Source of the DNA: Barthelona sp. PCE
Taxonomy: Eukaryota
DNA: 64,000 nucleotides
NCBI GenBank assembly: GCA_040285745.1
Contig: JAUFOR010000002.1
Location: 930,001-994,000 of the forward strand
Reading direction: 5' to 3'
Shown here: piece after piece, positions 40,633 to 54,000 of the stretch
How the letters are laid out: each line of letters opens with the position of its first letter
Numbering within the stretch: the stretch's first letter is position 1
The notes under the pieces: generated by a model
What the model was told of the DNA's origin: nothing
Database searches by the model: none
Seen by the model: the letters and a program-made list of their open reading frames with translations, nothing else
Position numbers and translations under genes: made by a program

Positions 40633-41133
40633 ATGTTGATATGTTTTTCTAGCCTTTTTCATGGGCAAATTTATATGTTACGTATCCCAAGAATCATGAA
40701 TCGGGTGCGGCACGATGAGCCTCCACCATGGCTAAAGCGTTTAAGAAGGGAAATTGTAATGTTGGATTTGCATGAAACTCAAAGCTTTACTCCAATACCA
40801 GACACATACAATAGGGACTATATGTACAGGACTGTGCCCACCAATGGGATATGGCAACACCAAACAATAGAATTTAAGTTGCATTTTACATCTCACTATC
40901 CACACTTGCCTCCTCAAATAATCATGACTGCTGGAAACATAGTTCATCCAAATATCACACCTGAAGGAAAGGTTTGCCTCGATATACTGTCGAAAGATTA
41001 CGAAATGAATATCAGCCTTGATGCGCTGCTACAAAGTCTGTCCTTTCTGTTCTATGAACCTAATTACAGGGATTACATAAACTCTGCTGCTCTTCACACT
41101 AAGAATCGGACTGTGGATGAAGGAAATAGCTAA
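40633..41133 (+). CDS. Ubiquitin-conjugating E2-family enzyme, Ubc12/NEDD8-E2-like; true start may be 40675
   Basis: YPHLPP, HPNITPEGKVCLDIL (active-site Cys) and LFYEPN. Confidence 0.8.
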   Translation: MLICFSSLFHGQIYMLRIPRIMNRVRHDEPPPWLKRLRREIVMLDLHETQSFTPIPDTYNRDYMYRTVPTNGIWQHQTIEFKLHFTSHYPHLPPQIIMTAGNIVHPNITPEGKVCLDILSKDYEMNISLDALLQSLSFLFYEPNYRDYINSAALHTKNRTVDEGNS

Positions 41134-41989
41134 GATGTTTCTTTCCGAGTGTGTGATCACCAAAATGCATAGGATGACTCATTTTAACCTTCTCACTGAC
41201 CGTCTTGCTGAGCTCTTCGATGGTTACTTTATCAAAATCTGCAGGAGACATTTCGTCTAAAACGGAAAGTGTGTTGTAAGTGAATTCGTCGGCCACAAAC
41301 ATGAAAACTCGACGTGCCCATGCCGCTGCATAGCTATTCTCCCTTCCCTTTGACGCAGTTATGGCGTATATGTTAGAGTGGCCGTTAAATTCTTTAAGAG
41401 AAAACATTGAGCCACTGTGACAGCTTTCAACAATGAAAAAAGCGCTATCAATCTTCTTTTCCTTAATTAACTTCAGTAGAGTGTTCTTTAGCGTAACTGC
41501 GGAGAGTTTTTGATTGTGCTTTTGAAATTGTAACTCGCCGATATGACCGTGACCGCTGGAGAAGACAAACAACCTGTCACCAGCGCCCTTTGTGTAATTT
41601 GGAGACCTGCCGTTGCTCGACAAAGACTTTTGAATATCTGTTTTACCCTGCAAAACTTCAAGGAAAACAATGGGTGTAACGCTGGTGCCTGTATAGTCGA
41701 CATCAATACCTTCCTGGTAGTTCTTAGAGCATTTTGAGTCGTGGAATACCTTTCCTCTTTGTCTGTTCATGCTGGAAGATGCAATGTCATTTGCAGAAAG
41801 TACAATAATGTTCTCCTTTTTGAAACCTTTGCTTACTAATGTATTGTAAAAGTGATAAACATCCGCCTCGTGCCTGTAAGTCTTCCAACCCTTACTCGTG
41901 CGTAGTAAAACTGCCCAATTCGTTCCACAGCTACAAAGCGTCAAAAATGCTAATAAAAGCAGCCATATGACTGTGTTTGGCCGTCCCAT
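41099..41989 (-). CDS. Peptidase C13 family (legumain/GPI8-like), with signal peptide
   Basis: NWAVLLRTSKGWKTYRHEADV, catalytic SGHG and ESCHSGSM. Confidence 0.88.
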   Translation of the reverse strand: MGRPNTVIWLLLLAFLTLCSCGTNWAVLLRTSKGWKTYRHEADVYHFYNTLVSKGFKKENIIVLSANDIASSSMNRQRGKVFHDSKCSKNYQEGIDVDYTGTSVTPIVFLEVLQGKTDIQKSLSSNGRSPNYTKGAGDRLFVFSSGHGHIGELQFQKHNQKLSAVTLKNTLLKLIKEKKIDSAFFIVESCHSGSMFSLKEFNGHSNIYAITASKGRENSYAAAWARRVFMFVADEFTYNTLSVLDEMSPADFDKVTIEELSKTVSEKVKMSHPMHFGDHTLGKKHLSYFLHPQSDS

Positions 41990-42224
41990 CTATCTGAAAA
42001 GAAATAAAAATACGAGTACGAACATTTTTTTGTTACTCTTTTGGTTATCGTGAAAAAATCGATTTAATTGTATTGAATGTGTTGTTTTGCTCCTTTCAAA
42101 GCCATGCATAAGGATATTTGAAGTAGAATGATTCAATTCTAAAAGATAAAAATCCCAAAATCAAGCCATTCTTAGAACAACACATCTGTCTACGATTGCT
42201 TAATTAAAATAGTGTAGCATGAAT

Positions 42225-42845
42225 TTACTGAGTTGGGCATTGTACATCACCATCTTTGGGTGTTTTTTGCCTGCTTTGATTTGCTAATTTTCGTCGATTA
42301 CCCTCTTCTTGTTGCCTAATGATGCTGGGCTTCTTATATTTAAGGATAAGTGTGTGGTTATTCATTGATACCGATAACTTTTCTGGATTAAGCGGTACAT
42401 TATTCCTAGTGAGATCTGGGATGCTAAACTTCTTATAATACTTGCGGTTGTTGGTCCTGATAGTAATATTATCGTTCTCAGTCGAAACAGTTATGTTAAA
42501 ATTTTCAATGTCCCATGGACAATTACGCACACGAAATACAAAATAGTTATCAGTGTCTGAGCGGAAAAAGTATGGATTCTTATCAGAATCCAAATTAATG
42601 AATTCATTAACGTTACCAGCTCTCTGAACGGGCTCTCCAACTTCAAAAATCCAATCTCCAATACGGCCCGTCATAGTCGGCCTACGCCACTTTCGTAACA
42701 ATAAGCGGTTTGTGTTGATATCAAATTCCTCAACCATCTCACTGTTGTCAGGATAACTTGAGTGAATTTTTCTGCGGTTGTCCTGAACCACTGCTGATGT
42801 CTTTGGCGTGCCCTGGGGAACAAATACAGTACTACCTGTCTCCAT
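42225..42845 (-). CDS. DPCD: DPCD family protein
   Basis: RRKIH...PDNSEMVEEFD...LLLRKWR, WIFEVGE, NPYF, IRTNNRKYYKKFSIPDL and NHTLILKYKKP. Confidence 0.92.
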   Translation of the reverse strand: METGSTVFVPQGTPKTSAVVQDNRRKIHSSYPDNSEMVEEFDINTNRLLLRKWRRPTMTGRIGDWIFEVGEPVQRAGNVNEFINLDSDKNPYFFRSDTDNYFVFRVRNCPWDIENFNITVSTENDNITIRTNNRKYYKKFSIPDLTRNNVPLNPEKLSVSMNNHTLILKYKKPSIIRQQEEGNRRKLANQSRQKTPKDGDVQCPTQ

Positions 42846-43132
42846 AAAAATTTTGTAATGGAAAAGAAAAATCTAAAACGCAAATTTGGTTAATATGCTC
42901 AATTCTTCATCTATTTACTCGCGTTGAAGTGTATAAAAAGCATATTTAAGCCGAAATTGCTGTTAAAAAACATTTTGTTCAGATAAGAACATTAGGTTCA
43001 TTTCGGAAAAAGCAATAAAGCCGTAACGACACTTATAAACTCATTTATTGGATATAATATGGAATATTTCCCACGATAATCTCACTAAATTCACAAATAT
43101 TTTGGTTTACGCTATACATCCTTTACCACAAT

Positions 43133-44407
43133 ATGGCATTACCTGTTCTTCAATTCGGAACTCTTTCCAATTGGGTCGGAAGTCACTTTTGGGACTGCAA
43201 CAGCGCATTACAACCTTCTCAGGAAGGAGAATTCATCCGTGAGACTATCTACGATGAACATGATCATCCAAGATTGCTACTAACTGACTTCAAGCAGGAG
43301 TTTGGCGGAATGCCCTCAACGGGGTACAGAGAAGCAATTGATGAAAGTGTATACTTACACACTTCACACAACGATTTACAAGTTGAAACATTCGTATCAG
43401 AAGGATTTGGGCTCAATACATACCTTGCCGACCAGTTTTCACTAGACAAGGAAACAAAAGAAGCTATCAACGAGATAGATGAAGTGGAAGATAACGGTTT
43501 CAAGTACTGGTCAGGTTTCTTTACTCCAGATGTACGCTCCAACAACTTGTATTCCCTCAACGCATCGTTTTCAACCAAAGAACTGTGCATTGATGCTGAT
43601 TCTCTAGTAACACCTGAAATGACGTACGATATGGAAGATCGTTTCGCGTCGCTTCTCGAGAGCTGTGACTCAGTGAGTAGAGTTCCATATTTTGTAGACA
43701 TGGATACATTCTGGGGTGGTGTAAGTGCAAAACTTTTACCAATTTACAAAGACTACTGGGGCTCGTCTCGCTTCCAGTTATGGAGCCTCAATGATTCACC
43801 TTTCACAAATAATTCCACCATCAAGGCTTTCAACACAGCGGTGAGTCTTTATGACCTCCTGGACGTATCACCCTTTATCGTACCAATTGATGTGAATGGT
43901 ACAAAAGATACGGTGTTCAACGATTCTTTACAATCAGCTCTGGCTGTACACACAGGTTTTTCTCCTCTCATGGCTCATCGTGCGTTTAATCTAGAATCAC
44001 TTGTACCTAGATCGCCACAGACGGCTGTGCGAATGGTATTCCAACGCAATAAGGTGCCTTCGCCGCTCAGAGGAGCACAATCTCGCACATTCAACATGGC
44101 AACCTTTTCAAGAGGTGTCGAAGAAGGGCTCATCACACGTTACTTTAACACGCCTGTCATATCAACTTTTGAAGAACATAAAACTAAGGGAGGAATTCTT
44201 TTTACGAGCGATGAAAAGGCTGGAGACTACTTTAAAGTGTTTGACAAATTTGATAGTGCGTTTTCAATCGCACAAAAGCGTGGTGCAGATTTATCACGCA
44301 TCGATAAAGCAGATATTATTGAGCAGCTACACTACAGATACGATGCTTACCAACCAGAGGATGTTTTACTGGACGATGATATCGATGACGAGCTGTGGGA
44401 TCAATAA
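43133..44407 (+). CDS. MSTO1: Misato/Dml1 tubulin-like protein
   Basis: VLQFGTLSNWVGSHFW, PRLLLTDFK, YWSGF, LESCD and FWGG. Confidence 0.82.
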   Translation: MALPVLQFGTLSNWVGSHFWDCNSALQPSQEGEFIRETIYDEHDHPRLLLTDFKQEFGGMPSTGYREAIDESVYLHTSHNDLQVETFVSEGFGLNTYLADQFSLDKETKEAINEIDEVEDNGFKYWSGFFTPDVRSNNLYSLNASFSTKELCIDADSLVTPEMTYDMEDRFASLLESCDSVSRVPYFVDMDTFWGGVSAKLLPIYKDYWGSSRFQLWSLNDSPFTNNSTIKAFNTAVSLYDLLDVSPFIVPIDVNGTKDTVFNDSLQSALAVHTGFSPLMAHRAFNLESLVPRSPQTAVRMVFQRNKVPSPLRGAQSRTFNMATFSRGVEEGLITRYFNTPVISTFEEHKTKGGILFTSDEKAGDYFKVFDKFDSAFSIAQKRGADLSRIDKADIIEQLHYRYDAYQPEDVLLDDDIDDELWDQ

Positions 44408-44417
44408 GTAGTAAAAA

Positions 44418-45002
44418 TCATACTGAATACAGGTGTTGCGCAAGGGATTCAAGCTCTTCTAGGGTGAAAAGCACATGGAATTGTATAATTTGGAGTGCAC
44501 GACGTTCCATCTGAAGAAAATCAGAAAGATGTAACACACGGCCAATATAACACCAGCTCTTAGCATCCAGAGGCGCATCGGAAAGAAGTTTGCCCGTTAT
44601 GCATAATACAACACTGATAATAACCTGAAAATTATCAGCATTTATCGAAAAACGCCCGAATGCAAGTAATCGCTTCAATAACAACATTCCATGTATAATT
44701 TGACCCAAACACATCTCAGAAAGGCGAAAGGCTCTCTTTAAAAACGAATACAGCCCCATTTTTTCTTTCACACTTGAATAAAAGGGAATATTTGTTGTAG
44801 AAAATGGACTAGTTGATATTATAAACCCACATTCATTCCTCACGAAAGTACAGCACATATCCACTGCACTTTCTGATACTTTAAGTCTTCGCTGGCTTGA
44901 TTTAACCGAAATTTTCTTTGCTCTTCGTGCTGGAGCCATAAAACTGTTCGAATTTCGACTGCCAACAGTAGCCCTAACATTTGAAGAATGTCTTGAAAGC
45001 AT
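44418..45002 (-). CDS. Cyclin-fold protein (Pho80/PCL/cyclin Y-like N-terminal box)
   Basis: LYSFLKRAF...MLLLKRL...INADNFQVI...KLLSD...FLQMERRALQIIQFHV. Confidence 0.7.
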   Translation of the reverse strand: MLSRHSSNVRATVGSRNSNSFMAPARRAKKISVKSSQRRLKVSESAVDMCCTFVRNECGFIISTSPFSTTNIPFYSSVKEKMGLYSFLKRAFRLSEMCLGQIIHGMLLLKRLLAFGRFSINADNFQVIISVVLCITGKLLSDAPLDAKSWCYIGRVLHLSDFLQMERRALQIIQFHVLFTLEELESLAQHLYSV

Positions 45003-45079
45003 AAAAGGATATAAATGACTTAGCAAGTCATGAAAACAAGAAAATTCACAGAATAAATCCGATTTTACAAAGGGTTATG

Positions 45080-48000
45080 TTAGTTAGCTTGCAGTAGCAG
45101 CGCTACACCAGCAAGAATCCAACGTTGGGGTGGTGAACGAGTCTTCAGGAAGAACTCCCAGACGAAGTTACCACCTCTGTGTCTAGTAACATAGACAGGA
45201 CATTGATACATACCAGTTGTATCGACCTTCTCACGAAGTTGAGCACGAACATGGATAACTGGCATTTCAGGATAAAGCTCCTTAATCTTGGCATCTGTAA
45301 TGACACCTGCAGCCTTATCCCAACGAGCACCTTCACAATAAAGACCAACAATATAAGCACCTTCACGTGGAGGAGCAGAAATATCATCAGCATTCTTCTT
45401 GACAACATCGGTGACCAACACCATCTTGTCAAGCGGCCACTGATTCTTTCGGGAAGCAACCTGCATGACTGCAGTGAGGAAAGACTGAGGGTTGAAGAGT
45501 CCTGACAACCAAACTGACTTGGGAATGGCGGGGGTGGAGCCCAGTTCAGCCTCCCATGCCTTTAAGAAGTTAATTCTCTTCATGAGATCCACAAACCAAT
45601 CAGCGAGGTTTCGCAGTGAAGGATATGATACCTTGACCCACTCAGTAGGCACCTTGTTGAAGTATAGGGAATCGATAATAGCCTCAATACGTGACGTGAT
45701 TGTGAGCTCACCGTTTAACGCCTTCTCGACTTCGTTGAGTGAAACCTTCATCACCTTAACCAGGTGCTGCATACGCAACATCTCCTGGTACCAAATAGAT
45801 ACGTAAGGTGAGCGTTCCTTGGGGAGTGACTCCTCAACGTTCTCCTCTTCAAAGCCCTCAGGTAAGGATGAGTTAAAGTTCTGGAGCATCTCCATGACAA
45901 TTTCTTCAGGTGTCTGAGTCTCACCGTCATCGGCAGCTCCTCCACCACCACTCTTGGGTTGTAAATCAAGGAGGGTGTCCAGGAGGTTGCCGGCCTGTCT
46001 GTTCAAGTACTCGATTTCGGCGTTCGAGTGAAGTCCAAACAGTTCAGGGGATTCTTCAGGTAGCTCCTGTACGTATTCGTAGTAGTTATCATAGTTTCCG
46101 CCAACGGGTGCAGAGGGATAGTTTGCACAAATCTCCATACCTTCAAAGAGTTGGGGTTTCATAATGCGCTGTAAGTAAGTGTTACACAAACGGCGATCCC
46201 AATCATCAGAGATGTGACCACCGTACATAATTTCACCAAAGATGTACTTAATATTAGCCCACGGAATGTGGACGTTGTCTTCAAGGAAGTTCTTGAGGAC
46301 AGAAGCGCAGATCGTGAGATCACCAAGGTTGAAAGGGTACTTGGCGTTCCAGCCCATTGCTCCGAACTTCTTACGCTCAATGATGAGAGAGTGGAAGACG
46401 CAAAGAGCAAACGTGATGGACTTGAACTCGGACGTCTTGTTACTGCAAGACTCGAAAGCCTCCATGTCAAAAGCCTTGAGGGCTCTGTACAAGTTGGCCT
46501 TCACACCAGACGGTGGCTCGTTGGTGACCTTAATTGATGTCTCCAAAATAGCCTGGGGAATGGGTGGACCTGTGGAAGTAGGCTCAGATGTGAGGAAGAG
46601 TCTGAACTCCGGATGCGGGTCCTCCTCTTCCGGATCGCTGAGACCCTCAATGAACTTCTCCAACCAAGGTAGCCACTTGATAGTGAGATGCAAGTTCTCC
46701 AAGATAACCCAGCCACCGCTCTTACGATGTTTCAAAAGTGCCTCCTCAGCGATCGGGGTCTGACCTTGACCGAGAGAGATGGAAACCATTGATTCACCCT
46801 GGAGCTTATGATAAAGCGCCTCAACATCCTTAAGGGGGTTAGTACCAGGTGATAAAACAAAGAGAATGGGAATCAACTCTGATGCCTCCTGGAAGATGTC
46901 CTCAAGTTTGAACGGGATGAGCTCAACGTACTCGTTACCGAGGTTGGCATCGACGTACGCATGAAGTGAATAGATGAGACGATCAGGGCGCAGTGCCTTA
47001 AGCAACAATAGCTTCTGGAAATCGCTCAAATTGTTGTAGTCACCAGGAATACGTGCCTTCTCTGGGAACTGCTGTTGGAACCAGTCCTTCCAGCGCTTTG
47101 ATGACGCCTCGAGGTCTGTAGGCAAACGAGCAAATGCCTCGGGGAGCAATCTCGATAAAACAATACAGTTGAGCCAGTTAACGTTATCAAGCCAGCTTAT
47201 TGGACAAGAGGGGTCCTCCTTTGATGCAATCGCACCGATACCCAACAATGCATTAAGTTCCTTGACGGAGATGCTCTTATCGTGAAGTGAAATAGCAAAG
47301 CAAAGTTGTGAAGCAAAAACTAACTTGTGACGCTCAAAGAGACCTCTCGTAACATAGATAAATACATTATATGTGATTGAATTGAGCAAATTCTTAATAC
47401 GCTCATCAATGTCCTCGGAAGCAATAGCACGATCGATGGCCTTATCGAATTCATTGATAAAGGCCTGAAGTGAGAACATATACATGGGGTTGACATTGGC
47501 GAGCTCAAGCATAATGAAGTATATCAGAGATGCACGCTGCGCAACAGGTCTGTACAGGTTACGAGTCTTATTGATCTCGATTTCGGTACGCTTCGCCTCC
47601 TCAAGATTAACCTCAATTTCTGCTGATGTCTTCTTACACATCTCCAATGACTCAATGAGTTCAGTGTTTGAGAGAATATCACCGCTTGATGAAGAGAGCA
47701 GATAGAGTAGTTTGTCTTCCAGAGACTTGATTGTGATTTTGAATTCATTTTGCTTACGCATCAACTCGCTCTTGAGTTCTTCAAGCTCAGGCTTCTCCTT
47801 CTTAACAACAAACGCAAGCAGTTGCTCTTCAAGACCCTCGGGTGTGGTGGTGAAGTTAATGAGCGTTGTCTGCGCCTGTGTCTCAGGCTGGTAGTGAGGG
47901 TTTGGCATCTTGGACTGTAAGACCATGCGGTACTTGCTGTCGAAATCTACCTCCTTATCACCGAGCTTGATGTAAAGGGAACGTCCCTTCTTTGCTATGT

Positions 48001-51000
48001 TTCTGTTAATGATTGGATCCAAAAGAACATCGATTGTTTCCTTCACGTTCTCAACAATAATGGTCTGACCTTCAGAAATGGCACGCTCGACCGTATCCAT
48101 GTACTTCCTGTCAGTCATCTGAAGAGCAAACACGGGGCGCTCCTCGGCTTCAGCACCGTATAAATTACGGAGCCATGAGATACCCTGGAGTTGAGGATCA
48201 ATGATGAGTGGCCAACGAGCACAGTTACTAATGATAGCTGCATTCTCAATGGAGACAGAATCGTTAGGCAAACCCTGGTTGTTCCACTTGGCGATTGTGG
48301 CGTCGTTCGTCATCATGTTCAACGGGTTCTCGCCTGATGCAGAGATGGGAATCTTGAGCTGCTTCAGTTTGGGCAACCACTTCTCTTGAATAAGGTGATC
48401 ACGGTAGTACCTGTTGAAGGGACCAAGATAACTGACAAACGCACTTGATAAGATGATGTCACCGATTAAGGTGTTTTCTTGCTTCTTGAGTTCACCGATA
48501 CCTTGAGCCCAACGCACCTTTTCTCCTCCCAATCCGTTAACAAGACGGTTAGCAAGGTTAAGACGTGCCTCTGTTGAACGTGCCTCATCGATAACGTCTT
48601 GTTTAGCCTTGGTTGCTTCCTCAAACTTGCGCTTGAGATTACCCAATTTGTTAGTAAGACGTTGTACGTGGTCGTTTGTCTTTTGCAGCTTGGAGCGCGC
48701 AGCCTCAAGTTGCTCGGTAGCTTCAGCCAATGCAAGACGCTTAGGTTCGACATCACAGTGAATATCGTAGAATGCAATAATATTGCACACCCAATCACAA
48801 ATACCGGCTGCAGCAACAGAAGACCTCCTCACAACGTCAGCAATGAAGTTGGGATCAGAAAGATAACGCTGTTTGATGACAGTGTATCTATCCTGAGGAA
48901 TATTCTCCTTATCGTAGTTCTTGAGTGAATCAAGGAACTTCATAACAGGACCCATGAAGGCCTTAACGGTTTTCCATGATAAATCACGAGGAATACCGCT
49001 CTTGGGGCTAAGCAAAATGAAAACAGCTTGCATAACCTTTTCTACGAGCTCGGGTGGTGAGCCCATGGAACGAAGCTCAACGAGGTTGTCCTTGTTAAGC
49101 GTATCGAGGGCTGCCTCGGCGGCTGCAATTGCAGGCAATGCCTTCTGAAGATCCAGATCACACTGCCTCTGCTTCTCGGAAACGTTGGTCTCGACAAGTG
49201 CACATTCACCTGCCTCAACCTCAGCGACAGCCTTTTGCTTATCGACAATTTCAGTTTCCCTTGCAACTTGTTTCAGGAGTTCCTGAGCTGCTGCTTCCTT
49301 CTCAGCAACAACAACCTTCTTCTTCTCCAGATCCTCCTTAAGACCTTCTACATCCTCAGCAGTACGGTTCAGCTTGATCAAACCGTTCTCAAGACGCTCA
49401 ATATTGGCTTGATAATCCTTACGCTTGGTTTGGAGCATGCTCTTGTAGAGCTCAATGAGCTCAAGGAATGACTTTGGAGTGGTGTAAACGTTACGCTTGT
49501 TGGACTTGAGATAATCTGAGGCAACATCGTTAGCACTACAGTGAGCGTGAGCCATAAATTCAACTACACGATCAATCAGAATTTCGTTACGATCCTCCTG
49601 CGGGAGCTCAGCAATTTCCTCATCAAGAGGAACATCATCTTCAACATCATCGTTATGGAACGCGAGATCGAGCTCGGAATCGATCAGGTTGCGCTTGGCA
49701 ACAGAAACAAGGGCATCATACGGCCAAGCGTGATACCAATCGATCTGCACGCAATTCATGAGTGTGGGGAACATACGAACACGGTTACGGAGAGTAGAAC
49801 CAACGGGGGACATACTGAGAACAAACCTAAAGTTCTTGTTAACCTTTGCAATGAAATTTGCCCAACAGTTCTCCTTGGTGTCGCGTAAACCAGCCATCTT
49901 GACTTCGTTGCGCTGTGCGTCAATGATTGATTCAATCTCAGTATCATCAATAAAGAGACCGGGTATGTCTCCAGTTGCGAGGAAATCTGAGATTGAGATA
50001 AGGAACGCCTCCTCCTTGATCTGTTGATCAGTTAACAACAAAAGAGTCTGCTGGTCCTTGAGACCGCAGCGCAAAAAGAGCTGCTGCAGATCCTGCTTGA
50101 AAGAATCGACGTTGTAGTTGGATGTAACTGTGATCTGAACAATGTCAAAACCACTGATGTACGCAGCAAGACGTGAAAGTGATTGCTTGCCTGAACCACC
50201 AACACCAATCAACAAAACGTGACCGCCTGGTTGCTCAAGGATACGCGCGATACGAAGAACGTGGTTCATGGCATCAACGAAGAAAACCAATGGCATCTCT
50301 GTGTATTGATCTCTGTATCCCTCAAGGTGTTCGTTGAGATGGTTCTTGAGCTTATCATAGCGCTCTTCCGAAGTCTCTCCTTCGTATTCGTAGTAGAGTT
50401 TTTCAGCCCCCAACGTATAGTGTGAGAAGAGGAAGGGACCCTCAGCAATCTTGTTTGATGTGAGAGTGGAATCGCCCAACTGTTCGACAATGAACTTGGG
50501 TGTGAATGTATCACTGATAACACGCTCAATTATCTCATTGAACTTGTCGGAATCGGGTTGGTCACAAAGACGATCACCGTACACACGGTGCATCTCGTTG
50601 ACAAAGCAACGGAGGAATGACTGGTTGAATGGAGTGGTCTTACCAACGTGGTTCTTACCAATGTTGAACAGACCAGTACAAATACGAGAGAGTTCACGCA
50701 AGTTGAAATGGTAGTGGAACTTGATAGCAGTGGGGAGGAATGTTGAAGAAACAACACGGTGTACATTGAGCAATGTCGACACAACAGGTTGTGCCAGCTT
50801 GATCAAGTCCTCATCGATATTAACAAGGTGAGAAGAAATCTTTGTGTTGAAGATAAAATCAAGGACCTTGGTATCAGGCGTGTGGAACGCAAACACAGCA
50901 AAGTGACGCTGAAGACGATCGTTGATATTGAATGAACCATTTGAAGGGTTCATAGCAGCAATGTACTGGATCTTACCAATATTCATCAGTTCACGCTTCT

Positions 51001-54000
51001 GTCTGTCATACCAGTGACCATAGTCAAGATGCTGACGAAGAAGTGTTGAAGGAGACTGTGTACCATAAGCATCAACCTCTGGCATGTTCAGATCATCAAT
51101 GAAATAAATTGATTTCTTAAGACCTGGAGGTGCGAAGTTACGACCAGCCTTACGCTCAATATTAGCTTCGAGGTAGTTCTGCAACGCTTCAGCAGTTGTA
51201 TAATAGTTAAACTGCATAGTGTTGGTGAAGAATTCGTCCTCGTCCAAATCCTTAAGGACTGACTTGATGAGTGCAGTCTTACCGGTACCGGCACCACCAA
51301 CAAGGAGCACAGGCTTCTTGATCTTGATGAGGTGGTCGATGAAGTAAGAGTACTTGAACGAGTGAGGAGTTTCAACACTTAGTTCAGCGAGATACTCGGG
51401 GTGGCCGAGGTTGTACTCAAAGAGATCAGTCATGAGGTCCTTGGAACGCTCAAGAATAAAGATCTTCTCCCAGTCAACCCATGAAAGAGTGTAGTGCTCG
51501 GAGTTGTTGAAAAACTCCTTGAGCTCACGCTTCTCTTCGACAACCAGACCCTCGAAAGGTTCTTCCTTGTATTGAAGAGTGAGACAAACGTCATAGATAG
51601 ATTTGTCTGCTGGAATACGGATATTACGGTACTCACCCTTGAACCACTTCGAAAAGACGTCCTGGTAATCAAACAACTGATCTTCTTTAAGAACAGCGCC
51701 GAAAACCCATATACAACCGAAAACAAAAATGTACTCAATAAAGTCGGTTGGAACACCTCTCTTAAACAGATTTGTCGTCTTGGTCTGCATGAATTTGATA
51801 GTAGACTTGAGATCCTCAACTTCCTCATCCTCGGGGTTATTGATAGAGTTGATGTAATTCTCTTTGCACTTCATGAAATCATTGAAGAGATCAATGGAGT
51901 AACGATCACCATTCTTCTTCTTGCCCTCCTCATCATCGACGTTGGTCTCAACCATGTGCGGGTGCACAATAAAGATAGGAGACTCCTCAATTGACATGAG
52001 TACGGAAAGAATTGAGCACAGGTTCTGCACAAACTGGAAATCTGTAAAGGGAACCATAGTCTTGCACTCCTTCTTGATGGCGCGCAGACATGCGGGGACG
52101 TACTTCTCGAACAGCACAAGTAGTTGACCGTGCTCGGAGTTAGGGCGTGACTCAATCCATGTACGCACATATGGCATGTAACCAATATCCGTGGCGTTGA
52201 TGAAAAGAATACCAGCACGTGAAACGGTAGCTGGTGTAGCATACTTCAAGTGTGAAATCTCAAAGATGAGGCGCATTGAGGGTGTGAGTGGCACACGCTC
52301 ATTTGACGCCAATGTCAGGACCTTGTTATCATCCTGGACAGTGTTAAGTGACTCAATCCATCCTGTATCAATATCACCATCAAGAATAATCCATTTCGGA
52401 TCGTCACCCTCCATACGCGACAAATCACGCATAATCTTTGAGAACAAACCATCTCTCCAATCACGGGTGGCAGGATTGACGAAACCAAACAGCTCTTGGC
52501 CTGGTTGGGCCTTGGGGTTAAGATCAGGAGTATAGACCTTACAGTTTTGTGCAACCTCCTCGGAGCGAGCGAGCATGCGCCACGTCTCGGTTTTACCTGA
52601 ACCTGAAGGACCAATGATAAATACAGAGTGACGTACCTCAAGAAGCTCCTTGAGTTGAATAATCTTAAGAACAAACATCTCAGAGTCAGATTGCAAACCG
52701 TTATTATTGATAGTTGAGGTAACGATCTTTTCGAAATCGCGGTCAACCTTTCTGGGAATGTTAATTGAGGGGAAGAGATCGTTAATAAGACCCATAAACA
52801 CCTGAGTATCCTCAGTAACAATCTTTGGTAAGTTGAAATCACGAAGTGCTCTCATAAGAACGTGCTCTTCGGGAAGCTTGGGTTCTGAACGACGGAGACC
52901 ACCTGCAACAACAAGAACTGACTTAATGGCACGAAGACCCCAATCATAGTGATCCTGTTTGGAAAGAAGATCCTTACAGAGACCGTACAGGGTTGTAAAC
53001 TTCTTAGCAAGAACACGAGCCTCATAGAAGCCCTCTGCCATAAGCATAATCTCTGCAATAAGCTCATAATCTGGCACAACCATAGAAACAGGTCTGAAAA
53101 GAGCCTTTAGATTCTCAGGAAGCTCGGTACGACCAGCGTAACCGGGGTTCATTGTAATGAAAAGACCAACATTGGAGTTGAGCTTAATTGTATCATCCAG
53201 AAGGAAGAATTCGGGGGAGTTGCTCTTCAATGCATCAGTGATCGACTTGACCTGTGTAGCAACGACGGAAAGTACCTCAACAGCGATACGATTGAACTCA
53301 TCGAAACAACCCCAAGCGCCTGATTGAACGAGACCCTTGAACAGGTTACCAATTGTAATGTAAGACATCTGATCAGAACAATTCGAAACGATACACAGAC
53401 GGGCGAGACATGCAGACAGATCCTTGACCGTCTCGGTCTTTCCTGTACCGGCAGGACCGGCAGGGGAACCACCCATGTGCAGGTAAAGCGCCTGACAGAG
53501 TGTGATGTAACAACGATCAGTAAGCGGTGTGATAACAAGTCTCATACGGTTACCGAGATATTCATGGGAGTAGCGGAAGACGGCATCCATGTTGTGTACG
53601 AAACAATCCTTCTCTTTATCATCCCAACGAGTACGAAGCTGCGACTGCCATTCGAAAGCGTCGACAAAGTCTACCTTCTTTCTGATAAGACCAGCAACGA
53701 CATCACGGGAGTGCACCTCGAGGGTACACAGCGTCATGACCTTACGGCGATCGTTCTTGACCAAGTCACCTTGAATTGTTGTGATGAGGTCCATAATTTG
53801 CTTGTGTTGTACCTCGTTGTAGTCGGAGAGCGCAGTTTCCTTGCCCTCGAGAAGCTTCTCAAACGCATAACTAACGTCCGTTGTCCACCAGATCTGAGAT
53901 CCGGTGAGAACAATTTGAGCTGGATACTTTTTGATCCAACGCTCACGGTGACCAGCGTCATATGAATTAACAGCCTCGTTGAGGACGGAGCGAATGGTAC

